DNA of 64,000 nt. Origin: an uncultured delta proteobacterium (GTDB taxonomy: Bacteria; Myxococcota; Myxococcia; Myxococcales; Myxococcaceae). The DNA lies in the NCBI GenBank assembly GCA_963796055.1, contig CAWCKH010000004.1, positions 1,216,001 to 1,280,000 of the forward strand. Direction: 5' to 3'. How positions within the stretch are numbered: the stretch's first letter is position 1; each line of letters begins with the position of its first letter. Under the pieces are notes generated by a model, which was given only the letters and a program-made list of their open reading frames with translations, was not told the DNA's origin and ran no database searches. Position numbers and translations under genes: made by a program. Shown piece after piece: positions 19,809 through 28,418 of this stretch.

Positions 19809-20848
19809 GCGGTCGGGTGTCGGGCGAGGGGAATCCGGAGCGAGGCCTGCACACCTCGCGGCTCGTTGAGCGACAGCGTGAGTCCCGCGGCATCACCGTA
19901 CCGGAGCGCGAGCCGAGATCGGAGGTTGGCCAGTCCGGTGCCCCCTCCCGTCCCGGCGCCCATCCCTGCACCGGTGTCCGCCACGCGTACCAGGAGCGCC
20001 TCGCCCGAGCTCTCGGCCGAGAGGCGGATGGCGCCGCCCTCCGGCAGCGGACCCAGCCCGTGCTTGAGTGAGTTCTCCACCAGCGTGAGCAGCATCATGG
20101 AGGGCAACTCGCAGCCGAGGAGTCCGTCAGGGAAGGTGATGTCGTACTGGAGGCGGTCGCCAAAGCGAGGACGATGCAGACGGAGGTAGGCGGCCACCAG
20201 CGCGCGTTCCTCGTCGAGGGTCGTTCGTTCCCTTTGCAGGCCGGGAAGCGATCGCTCCAGGTACTCGATCAGGTCGTCGAGCATCTCGAGCCCCGTCTGC
20301 GGATCGCTTCGCTGCAGCTGGCGGACGTTGGCCAGGGTGTTGAAGAGGAAGTGAGGCTCGATCTGGGCCTCGAGCAGTCGCGCTCTGGCCTCCTGCAGGT
20401 CGGTCTCGAGCCGCGCCGTCGCCTCCTTCATCTCGTGCGCGACGGCCTGGCCTCGGACGGCGCGCGCGTGCAGCTCGAGCGCACCGACCAAGAGGGCTGC
20501 CCGGGCCAGCCCTCCGAAGGCGTCCAGGGCCACGGCAGCGATCTCGTAGGGCTCCGGGTAGGTGGTGACGGCCGCCCCGAGCGTCGCGGCGATCCCGATT
20601 CCGAGCGCGAGGGGCCCAAAGGACAGAGAGCGTCCAGCGTCGGTCCGACGGCGCGCGTACCGGACCAGCAGCAGCAGCGGGACGAATTCGAGGACGCTCT
20701 GGATCAGGAGGCTCGGGACCCGGCCCGGCGGTATCCGCACGGTCATGAACACGCCCGCCGTGTCGATGGCCGCGCACCCGAGCAGCAGCGCGACGTCGCG
20801 CTGAAATACCGCCGAGGCGAGTCGTCTCCAGGCACGGCCCATCGCCAT
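19805..20848 (-). CDS. LytS/YehU-family sensor histidine kinase (copy 1)
   Basis: AQIEPHFLFNTL, TLVENSLKHG, VADTGAG, GTGLANLRSRL. Confidence 0.9.
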   Translation of the reverse strand: MAMGRAWRRLASAVFQRDVALLLGCAAIDTAGVFMTVRIPPGRVPSLLIQSVLEFVPLLLLVRYARRRTDAGRSLSFGPLALGIGIAATLGAAVTTYPEPYEIAAVALDAFGGLARAALLVGALELHARAVRGQAVAHEMKEATARLETDLQEARARLLEAQIEPHFLFNTLANVRQLQRSDPQTGLEMLDDLIEYLERSLPGLQRERTTLDEERALVAAYLRLHRPRFGDRLQYDITFPDGLLGCELPSMMLLTLVENSLKHGLGPLPEGGAIRLSAESSGEALLVRVADTGAGMGAGTGGGTGLANLRSRLALRYGDAAGLTLSLNEPRGVQASLRIPLARHPTA

Positions 20849-21052
20849 TCCCCCTGCCTTGCTGCGGGGCCGAGCTTATTCGGCTTGAGTGCGATGCGGC
20901 GCGTCGAACCGAGGCCCGAACCAATCCATCGCCCGGACCGCATCGCCTGTCGGGAATCCGCGGTCATTCGTCGGTTCCCCGCCCATCCCGCGGTTGGTGC
21001 GGTTCAGCGTTGCGCCGTCGGTCCCGGCGTCCAGGGGCCGGGGGAGGCGCGC

Positions 21053-22279
21053 ATGATCCGGAAAGATGCAACTGAGATGCTCGTTGCCCGGGGTGGGTGG
21101 GTCGCCGGGTGGTCGGTGCTGCTGCTGGGCCTGGCTCTGGGCTGCGGCGGCGGGGTCTCGGGGGGAGACCAGAGCACGCAGGACGCGCTCGCGGCGGAGT
21201 CGCACGCCGGAGGGGCTCCACCCCAGGCAGTCGTGACGGTCTTTGCGTCGGGGCTCAACAACCCGCGCGGGCTCAAGTTCGGGCCGGACGGCGATCTCTA
21301 CGTCGCCGAGGGAGGACTCGGCGGCTCCGACCTCCCGCCTTCGACCCCGGATTGCACCACGCCTCCCTCGGTGGGGCCGTACCACGGAAGCCCGGTGGGC
21401 TCGCGCATCTCGAGGTTCGATCGCCATGGCCGGCAGACGACGGTCGTCGACAACTTGCCCTCGAGTCAGACCAACGAGGCAACGGGGCATCTCGTGTCTG
21501 GCGTCGCGGACATCGCCTTCCTCGATGCTACGCTGTACGGGATCCTGGCGGGCGCTGGTTGCTCACACGGCGTTCCGGACATTCCCAACCAGGTCTTCCG
21601 TGTCCACCGCAACGGAAGTTGGTCGCTCGTCGCGGACCTGGGCGCCTTCCAGAGGGCCCATCCAGTCGCGAATCCGGAGCCGGATGACTTCGAGCCCGAC
21701 GGCACCTGGTACAGCATGATCGCGGTTCACGGCGCGCTCTACGCTGTCGAGCCCAATCACGGAGAGATCGACCAGATCCGGACCAGCGGTCGGATCACCC
21801 GGCTCATCGACGTGTCGGCGAGCCAGGGTCACGTGGTGCCGACGGCCCTGACTTACCACCGCGGCAACTTCTACGTCGGCAACCTCTCGACGTTCCCGCA
21901 GGCCCCTGGGTCCTCGAAGATCTGGAAGGTCAACCCCGGGGGCCACATCAGCCTGCATGCCACCGGGTTCAACATGGTGCTCGGGCTGACCTTCGACCAC
22001 CAGGGCCGGATGTACGTGCTCCAGGCGTCGGAGGCGCCGGTCCCCACGCCGAACACGGGCAGCGTGGTCCGGGTGAGCCGAGACGGCAGCAGCCGTACCA
22101 CCATCGCCAGCGGGCTGTTCCTCCCCACCGGGATGACCTTCGGACCCGAAGGCGACCTGTACATCTCGAACGTCGGCTTCGGTCCTCCGCCGATCGGGCT
22201 CGGTCAGATCCTCCGGGTGCACCTGCCCCACGACGACCACGACGGCGATCAGGACCACCCGGGCGACGGGGACGACTGA
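21053..22279 (+). CDS. ScyD/ScyE-family beta-propeller lipoprotein
   Basis: GGAGG RBS, LALGC lipobox, ASGLNNPRGLKFGPDGDLYVAEGG and PTGMTFGPEGDLYISN propeller repeats. Confidence 0.8.
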   Translation: MIRKDATEMLVARGGWVAGWSVLLLGLALGCGGGVSGGDQSTQDALAAESHAGGAPPQAVVTVFASGLNNPRGLKFGPDGDLYVAEGGLGGSDLPPSTPDCTTPPSVGPYHGSPVGSRISRFDRHGRQTTVVDNLPSSQTNEATGHLVSGVADIAFLDATLYGILAGAGCSHGVPDIPNQVFRVHRNGSWSLVADLGAFQRAHPVANPEPDDFEPDGTWYSMIAVHGALYAVEPNHGEIDQIRTSGRITRLIDVSASQGHVVPTALTYHRGNFYVGNLSTFPQAPGSSKIWKVNPGGHISLHATGFNMVLGLTFDHQGRMYVLQASEAPVPTPNTGSVVRVSRDGSSRTTIASGLFLPTGMTFGPEGDLYISNVGFGPPPIGLGQILRVHLPHDDHDGDQDHPGDGDD

Positions 22280-22306
22280 CCCGATGGGCCAGGAAGGGAA
22301 CCGATC

Positions 22307-22990
22307 ATGCGAAGGATCATGCTCTTTGTGGTCGCGGGGGTGCTGGGCTGCGGTGGCGGTGGCGGTGGCGGTGGCGGTGGCGACGGCGGCACCACGAACC
22401 ACGCGCCCAGCGTGAAGGTGGACGCGGGACCCAGTCCGATCATCATGGGCCAGACGACACAGCTCTCGACGCAGGCCACCGACCAAGACAACGACACGCT
22501 GACCTATAGCTGGGCCCAGACCGCTCCGGCCTCCCCGCAGGGGACCTTCAGCTCACTGACCTCGGCCAACGAAGCCTGGACGGCGCCCACCGTCTCGGCG
22601 GCCACCCGCTTCACCCTGTTGGTCACCGTCTCGGATGGGCACGGCGGCACCGGCACCGGCCCCGCGACCGCCTACGCCAAGACGTCCACGGATCCATCCT
22701 TCCTCGCGGACGTCCAGCCCTTCCTGGTCGGGTGCTTTGGGAGCTGCCACACGGCGCCCACCGGGCGCCAGCCGCTGGCCGAGTACGCGACGCTGGTGAA
22801 CACTCCAGCGGAGGTTGAGTGCCCGGGGGAGCTGCGGGTCAAGCCAGGCGACCCAGACAACTCCGTGCTCTACAAGACGATGTCCGGCGCAAGCTGTGGG
22901 AACCAAATGCCTCCCACCCCCCCGTACTCCGGCACGGACGACCTCGATTCGATCCGCACATGGATCTCGCAGGGGGCGCTGAACAACTAG
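22307..22990 (+). CDS. Lipoprotein with PKD/Ig-like domain and cytochrome-c-like C-terminal domain
   Basis: VLGC lipobox, poly-Gly linker, [24 protein letters not shown] Ig repeat, [27 protein letters not shown]. Confidence 0.65.
   Translation: MRRIMLFVVAGVLGCGGGGGGGGGGDGGTTNHAPSVKVDAGPSPIIMGQTTQLSTQATDQDNDTLTYSWAQTAPASPQGTFSSLTSANEAWTAPTVSAATRFTLLVTVSDGHGGTGTGPATAYAKTSTDPSFLADVQPFLVGCFGSCHTAPTGRQPLAEYATLVNTPAEVECPGELRVKPGDPDNSVLYKTMSGASCGNQMPPTPPYSGTDDLDSIRTWISQGALNN
22352..22381 (+). repeat. (GGTGGC)x5 in-frame tandem repeat encoding a poly-Gly linker
   Basis: Read directly from the sequence, just after the lipobox Cys codon. Confidence 0.85.
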
Positions 22991-24096
22991 CCGAACAGCT
23001 CGCGCACCTTCTCGAAGAAGGTCTTGGTCTGCGGATGCGTCTGCTCGCCGGAGAGCTCGGCGAAGCGTTCGAGCAGCTCCTTCTGCTCGGCGCTCAGGTG
23101 GGTGGGCGTCTCCACCAGGATGCGCACGTGCTGGTCACCGCGGCCGCCGCCGTGCAGGTGCGGGATGCCCTTCCCCTTGATGCGGAACACTTTGCCGCTC
23201 TGCGTCCCGGCGGGAATCTTCATCCGGTGCTTGCCGTCCAGGGTGGGCACGTCGAGCTGGGCTCCGAGCGCGGCCTGCACGAAGGACACCGGCACCTCGC
23301 ACAGCACCTCGGTGTCCTCGCGCACGAAGATGGGGTGGTCCTTCGCGTGGACGACCACGTAGAGGTCGCCGGGCGGGCCCCCGCGCTCTCCCGGCTCGCC
23401 CTCGCCGGCGACGCGGACCCGCGTCCCGGTGTCCACACCGGGGGGAATCTTGACCGTGAGCGTGGTGTGCCCGTCGATGCGCCCCGACCCGCGGCAGTGC
23501 ATGCAGGGCGTGCTCGCGGTCTGCCCCGAGCCGCCGCACGTGGTGCACGGCCGGCTGACCGAGAAGAAGCCCTGCGTGTAGCGGAGCTCGCCTGCTCCCC
23601 CGCAGGCCGGGCAAGTACGCACCCGCTTGTCCGCGCTTCCCGTTCCCTCGCAGGGCTCGCAGCGCTTCGGCTTGGGGATGCGGACCTGCACCTCGGAGCC
23701 GAACGCCGCCTCCTCGAAGGTGACCTCGAGGTTGTAGCGGAGGTCCGCGCCCCGGCTCCGTCCGCCCCGCCGCGCGCGGGTGGCGCCGAAGATGTCGCCG
23801 AAGATCTCTCCCAGCACCTCGTTCAGGTTCGAGGGATTGAACCCGCCGAAGCCCTCGAAGACGTTGCCGCCGTGCCCGAACCGGTCGTAGCGGGAGCGCT
23901 TCTCCGGATCTGAGAGGACCTCGTAGGCCTCCGAGGCTTCCTTGAAGCTCTCTTCCGCCTGGTGGTCTCCGGGGTTCCGGTCGGGGTGGTACTGCAGGGC
24001 CAGCTTCCGGTACGCGGTCTTCAGCTCCGCCGCCGTGCACTCCCGCGCCACACCGAGGACCTCGTAGTAATCCCGCTTGCTCGCAGTGGCCGCCAT
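22987..24096 (-). CDS. dnaJ: Molecular chaperone DnaJ
   Basis: J-domain with HPD, G/F region, four CxxCxGxG repeats, C-terminal domain. Confidence 0.97.
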   Translation of the reverse strand: MAATASKRDYYEVLGVARECTAAELKTAYRKLALQYHPDRNPGDHQAEESFKEASEAYEVLSDPEKRSRYDRFGHGGNVFEGFGGFNPSNLNEVLGEIFGDIFGATRARRGGRSRGADLRYNLEVTFEEAAFGSEVQVRIPKPKRCEPCEGTGSADKRVRTCPACGGAGELRYTQGFFSVSRPCTTCGGSGQTASTPCMHCRGSGRIDGHTTLTVKIPPGVDTGTRVRVAGEGEPGERGGPPGDLYVVVHAKDHPIFVREDTEVLCEVPVSFVQAALGAQLDVPTLDGKHRMKIPAGTQSGKVFRIKGKGIPHLHGGGRGDQHVRILVETPTHLSAEQKELLERFAELSGEQTHPQTKTFFEKVRELFG

Positions 24097-24200
24097 CCGT
24101 CCTTGCTCAACCCTTCATCGCCACAGGGGATTCTCGCCCCGGGCTCGCAGGGCGGCGGGAGCATAATGCAGCGGCGTCGCCGGGCAACGCGCGTGGGGCG

Positions 24201-24653
24201 CTACACCAACCAAATGCGGTTGGGCTGGACGTCCATGTCCCGGAGCCGCCGGCGCAGGCGCCGGTCGATGCCCCCCCGCGAGGTCCAGCGAGGCACCACG
24301 AAGTGCAGCTCGGCCGAGTACAGGCGCGCGGCGCTGGCCAGGAGCGACCAGCGGCTGTCGTTCGCCGGGTCGTCCAGCTCCGAGGGGAGCACCACCTCGA
24401 GCAGCACCGGCGTCCGGGCGCGGTCCCCCTGCCGGCAGGTCATGTCCGGGCGCTGGTCCTCGAGCGTGCCGTTGAGCACCGCCGGTGCGGTGTGCCCCGG
24501 CAGCCGCGCCTTCACGTCCGAGTAGCCCAGGGTGCGGAAGAACTCGGCCATGAGCCACAGGAGGTGGCGGCGCGGGCCTTCGCCCAGCACCGGGGCGCAC
24601 GCCTGCGGTGGCGCTCCCTCGGTCTCCGTCTCCAGGCGGCCTTCCAGCTTCAT
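24201..24653 (-). CDS. Hypothetical protein, possible restriction-endonuclease-like fold
   Basis: Protein-like ORF upstream of dnaJ with an RPDMTC...VLLEVV motif. Confidence 0.6.
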   Translation of the reverse strand: MKLEGRLETETEGAPPQACAPVLGEGPRRHLLWLMAEFFRTLGYSDVKARLPGHTAPAVLNGTLEDQRPDMTCRQGDRARTPVLLEVVLPSELDDPANDSRWSLLASAARLYSAELHFVVPRWTSRGGIDRRLRRRLRDMDVQPNRIWLV

Positions 24654-24737
24654 CCCGGAGCGGACGGTTTGAATCCCGGAGGATTCCGGCAATCCTTGAC
24701 ACGAGCACGCGCCGGAACGCATGGCTGGTCACCGGGC

Positions 24738-26489
24738 ATGAACTCCACCCTGCGCCGGCTCCTCGGGCTCCTGCGCCCCTCGGCACGCCTCGTCATGGGC
24801 GCGGTGCTCGCTGCGGCGGTGAGCGCCGGGGCCGCCGCCGGCTACGCCTGGCTCATCGGGCCGCTGCTCCGGAGCGTGCTCCTCTCCGAGCGGGTGCACT
24901 TCTGGGGCCTGTACACCTCGCCGGATCGGGCCCGCTGGCTGCTTCCCGGGCTGCTGGTGCTGCTGGCGCTGGTCAAGGCCGGGGCCCAGCTGCTGCAGAC
25001 CGGGTGGATGCAGGTGGCCGGCCAGCGCGCGCTCGCCCGCATGCGCTCGGACCTCTACGCGCACCTGCTCACGCTTCCCCCGGCCACCCACGACGCGCGG
25101 GCCGGGGGCGACGTGCTCAGCCGGCTCACCGCCGACGTGGCGCAGGTGGAGTTCGCGGTGACGCAGGCGCTCACCAGCTGGGTCCGCGACGCGCTCCAGC
25201 TCCTCGCGCTGCTCGCGGTGTGCCTGGTGCTCGACTGGAGGCTCTTCGCCCTGAGCTTCGTGGTCTTCCCCGCGGCGCTGCTGCCCATCACCCGCTTCGC
25301 CCGGGCGGTGAAGAAGACCGCGCGCGCCACGCAGGGCAGCCTGGGGAACCTCACCGCCCTGGTCGGCGAGCAGCTGCACGCGCTGCCGGTGGTCCAGGCG
25401 TACGGGATGGAGCCGCGCGTCCGGACCACGTTCGACGCCGAGCAGGCTCGCTACCTCCGGGAGATGGACCGCTCGCTCCTGCTCCGCGGGGCGGCGAGCC
25501 CGTCCATCGAGCTGCTGGGCATCACCGGGCTGGCGCTTGCGCTGGCGGTGGGCGCGCGGGCGGTGCGCGCCGACGCCTCGCTCGCCAGCCATCTGATGTC
25601 CTACGTGGGCGCGGTGCTGCTCATGTACGGCCCGTTGAAGACGCTCTCCTCCACCGTCACCCAGGTCGTCGCCGGCCTGGGCGCGGCCGAGCGGGTGTTC
25701 GAGCTCGAGGACCGGAACGTCCCACCCGACAGGGGAGATGCCGCGCCTCCGCTCCGCCGCGCGCTGAGGCTGGAGGACCTCCGCATCCGGTACGGCGAGG
25801 TGGAGGCGCTCCGCGGGCTCACCCTCGAGCTTCCCGCAGGGAAGACGGTGGCCCTGGTGGGCGCGTCGGGCGCGGGCAAGACCACCGTCTTCTCGGCCCT
25901 GCTGCGGTTCGTCGACCCATCGGGCGGGCGCATCCTCTGGGACGGCCAGGACGTGAAGAGCTACACCCGGGCCTCGGTGCGCGCGCGCATCGCCTGGGTG
26001 CCGCAGGAGCCGGTCCTCTTCGCCGGCTCGGTGCGCGATGCGGTCCTGGTGGGAAGGCCCGACGCCACCGACGCCGAGGTGTGGAGCGCGCTCGAGCGGG
26101 CCCACGGCGCCGAGTTCGTCCGCGCCTTGCCGCAGGGCCTGAACACGCAGGTGGGCGAACGCGGTGCGCAGCTGAGCGGCGGACAGAAGCAGAGGCTGGC
26201 CATCGCCCGGGCGTTCGTCCGGGAGCCTTCGCTGCTCCTGCTGGACGAGCCCACCAGCAGCCTAGACGCGGCCAGCGAGGCGCTGGTGCAGGCCGGGCTG
26301 GCCCAGCTGAAGGCGGGGCGGACCACGCTGGTCATCGCCCACCGTCTGTCGACGGTCCGCAACGCCGACCTCATCGTCGTGCTCGAGGCAGGCCGGGTCG
26401 TCGAGCAGGGAACGCACGAGCAGCTGGTGGCGCACGGCACGGCATACCGGCGGCTCCTGGACCGGGGAGGCGCCGATGGCGCAGCGTGA
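24738..26489 (+). CDS. ABC transporter ATP-binding/permease (MsbA-like)
   Basis: TM domain followed by GASGAGKT, LSGGQKQR, LLLDEPTS, IAHRLST. Confidence 0.92.
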   Translation: MNSTLRRLLGLLRPSARLVMGAVLAAAVSAGAAAGYAWLIGPLLRSVLLSERVHFWGLYTSPDRARWLLPGLLVLLALVKAGAQLLQTGWMQVAGQRALARMRSDLYAHLLTLPPATHDARAGGDVLSRLTADVAQVEFAVTQALTSWVRDALQLLALLAVCLVLDWRLFALSFVVFPAALLPITRFARAVKKTARATQGSLGNLTALVGEQLHALPVVQAYGMEPRVRTTFDAEQARYLREMDRSLLLRGAASPSIELLGITGLALALAVGARAVRADASLASHLMSYVGAVLLMYGPLKTLSSTVTQVVAGLGAAERVFELEDRNVPPDRGDAAPPLRRALRLEDLRIRYGEVEALRGLTLELPAGKTVALVGASGAGKTTVFSALLRFVDPSGGRILWDGQDVKSYTRASVRARIAWVPQEPVLFAGSVRDAVLVGRPDATDAEVWSALERAHGAEFVRALPQGLNTQVGERGAQLSGGQKQRLAIARAFVREPSLLLLDEPTSSLDAASEALVQAGLAQLKAGRTTLVIAHRLSTVRNADLIVVLEAGRVVEQGTHEQLVAHGTAYRRLLDRGGADGAA

Positions 26490-27244
26490 ACGGCGCGGCG
26501 GTGAGGGCTCCGGGTTCGTGCACCGCTTCGAGAGTCCCGAGGTGCTCGCCGAGCTGCTCGGCATCGCCGGCTCGCTGCTCGGCCCGGACGAGGTGCTGGA
26601 GCGCTTCCGGGCCGGCCGGGCCCGAGGGCGCCGGGGCCAGCGAGGTCATCCCCACGCTGTTCGCCGAGCCGCCGCGCTTCCCGCACCCGGACGTGGCCCG
26701 GCAGCTGTTCCAGAACCTGCTCGGGCTCTGGGACGCCTCCGCCTCGCCCGGCTTTCGCTTCTCCGGAGCGTCGGCGGCTGCACGGCCTCCCCGTCCTCGG
26801 ACGGTGGAGCCCCCGGGTCCCCCGGGACCGGGCGGGCCGGGTGCGTCGTACGTGGACGCCGTTCGTGGGTGGCTGGCGACGGATCGGCGAGCCCGGGAGC
26901 GGCTGACCGATTCGTTCGAGAACCGGCAGGACGCCCTCCTGGGCTCCCTTGACGAGCGGGGGCTCTCGGACGAAGGTTGGGGGGTCCTCCGCCAGCTGGC
27001 GTTCGAGTTGCACGCCGTTCTCGAGCACGCAGATGGCGCCGCCCCGGCGTCGGTTCCGCCCGAGGCGCTCGAGGGCGACCCAGCGACGAAAGGCCCGGTG
27101 GAGCTGATCGGCCTCGTCGACCAGGCGTTCGCCCGTGCCGAGCAGGACGGCACAGGACCGGTGCCGGAGGCGGAACGCGAGACGGTTCGCACCCTCGGCC
27201 GGCAGGTGCTCGGCGCCCTGTGGGAGGCGCGGGCCCGGAGGTGA
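26476..27244 (+). CDS. Hypothetical protein split by a +1 frameshift at about 26623
   Basis: MAQRE...EVLERFRAGRA continues as EGAGASEVIPTLFAEPPRFPHP...QNLLGLWD if one C of the CCC run at 26621-26623 is removed; the joined ORF overlaps both neighbours. Confidence 0.6.
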
Positions 27245-27807
27245 TGGATACCATGGTGAAGGACGACGACGACGGCGGCGGCTTCACCGGGAAGCGCAAC
27301 AAGAGCTGGCGGGAGATCGACGCCCGGCGCGGCAAGAGCAAGTACCACTCGCGCCAGGACGACCCCGCGCAGCAGCGCATCGAGCGCAGCGCGACGTACA
27401 CCCGGTACAAGCAGGCCGCGGACGCGCTCTTCACCGGGGGCGCTCTCCCGGAAGGCCTGGCCAAGACGTTCGACCCGGACGGCAAGCGCCAGGCGCAGAA
27501 GGAGGCCATGGCCAAGCTCCGCGAGCTGCCCGACCGGAAGGCCTGGGCCCAGGGCGTGCTCGAATACCTCGAGAAGTACCCGGAGCTGCCGGACGACCCG
27601 TACTTCCTCGACTCGCTGCTGGACCATCCCCGTGAGCGCGTGGTCGGGCAGGCGCTGGGAAAGCTCGAGGGGATGCAGGAGGCCGGGACGCTCAAGGCCA
27701 AGCTGCCCAAGAGCCTCGACCAGCGGCTGAAGGCGCTGGAGCTGACCAGCATGGATCCGGACCTGCAGCAGCGGGCCCGGGTGTTGCGCGAACAGCTGAG
27801 GGCGTGA
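27244..27807 (+). CDS. Hypothetical helical protein
   Basis: Strong GC3 codon bias; coupled to both neighbours. Start may be 27253. Confidence 0.75.
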   Translation: MDTMVKDDDDGGGFTGKRNKSWREIDARRGKSKYHSRQDDPAQQRIERSATYTRYKQAADALFTGGALPEGLAKTFDPDGKRQAQKEAMAKLRELPDRKAWAQGVLEYLEKYPELPDDPYFLDSLLDHPRERVVGQALGKLEGMQEAGTLKAKLPKSLDQRLKALELTSMDPDLQQRARVLREQLRA

Positions 27808-28271
27808 GCGCCGGCTGGTCGATTCGCCCCGTCCGCCGCGACGACGCGCCGGCCCTGCACCGGATGCGCGAGGAGGCGGGCTGGGAGGCGGAGAAGGTTC
27901 CCGGGTGGATCGCCGCGTCCCTTTCCGGTGAGCGACCGACGTGGGTCGCCGAGCTCGCGGGGGAGACGGTGGGGATGGTCAGCCTCGAGCTGACGGACCC
28001 CGACCCCGAGGTCGCGGACGGCAGAGAGGTCGCGGCAGTGACGAGCCTCTCGGTGCTCGCCAGCGCCGGACGCCGGGGCATCGGCCGCGCGCTGACCGTC
28101 TTTGCCGAGGCTCAGGCCCGCGCCCGGGGTGTCCGGGTGCTGACGCTCAACACCCGCCCGACGAACGCGGCGGCCGTCGCGCTCTACGAGGGCCTCGGCT
28201 ACCGGGCCTGGAAGCAGGAGGAGCGCCCCTGGGGGCTCGCGATCTTCCTCCGGAAGTCACTCACCCCTTGA
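27804..28271 (+). CDS. GNAT N-acetyltransferase
   Basis: RRGIGRAL motif A and NAAAVALYEGLGY motif B. Confidence 0.88.
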   Translation: MSAGWSIRPVRRDDAPALHRMREEAGWEAEKVPGWIAASLSGERPTWVAELAGETVGMVSLELTDPDPEVADGREVAAVTSLSVLASAGRRGIGRALTVFAEAQARARGVRVLTLNTRPTNAAAVALYEGLGYRAWKQEERPWGLAIFLRKSLTP

Positions 28272-28296
28272 CAAGGTGACGGATCCGTGACGATTT

Positions 28297-28418
28297 CCGC
28301 CCGAGCCGGTGAAGGAAACCGGCGGCCAGGCGTTCGTTTGGCCGCAGTCCGGGGGGACACCACACACGCTCGCACCCACGCTCACCCGACGGTAGGTCGG
28401 TCGGGCGGCGGTGCGAGC
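28297..28418 (+). ncRNA. Candidate structured RNA (multi-hairpin, family not recognised)
   Basis: Closing stem CCGCCCGA/TCGGGCGG encloses four hairpins; a TTGACA lies at 28268. Not matched to any family I recognise. Confidence 0.35.

Noticed and set aside
24097..24200. CIRCE element upstream of dnaJ
   Set aside because: No TTAGCACTC-N9-GAGTGCTAA is present.
24608..26620. N-terminal part of the 878-aa ORF
   Set aside because: Arg/Gly/Pro-rich off-frame read of the ABC transporter. Only the part after about 26624 is protein-like.
28297..28418. Assignment to SRP RNA, RNase P RNA, tRNA, Pxr or c-di-GMP riboswitch
   Set aside because: Conserved cores of these families were not found by eye, so it is left as an unassigned candidate.
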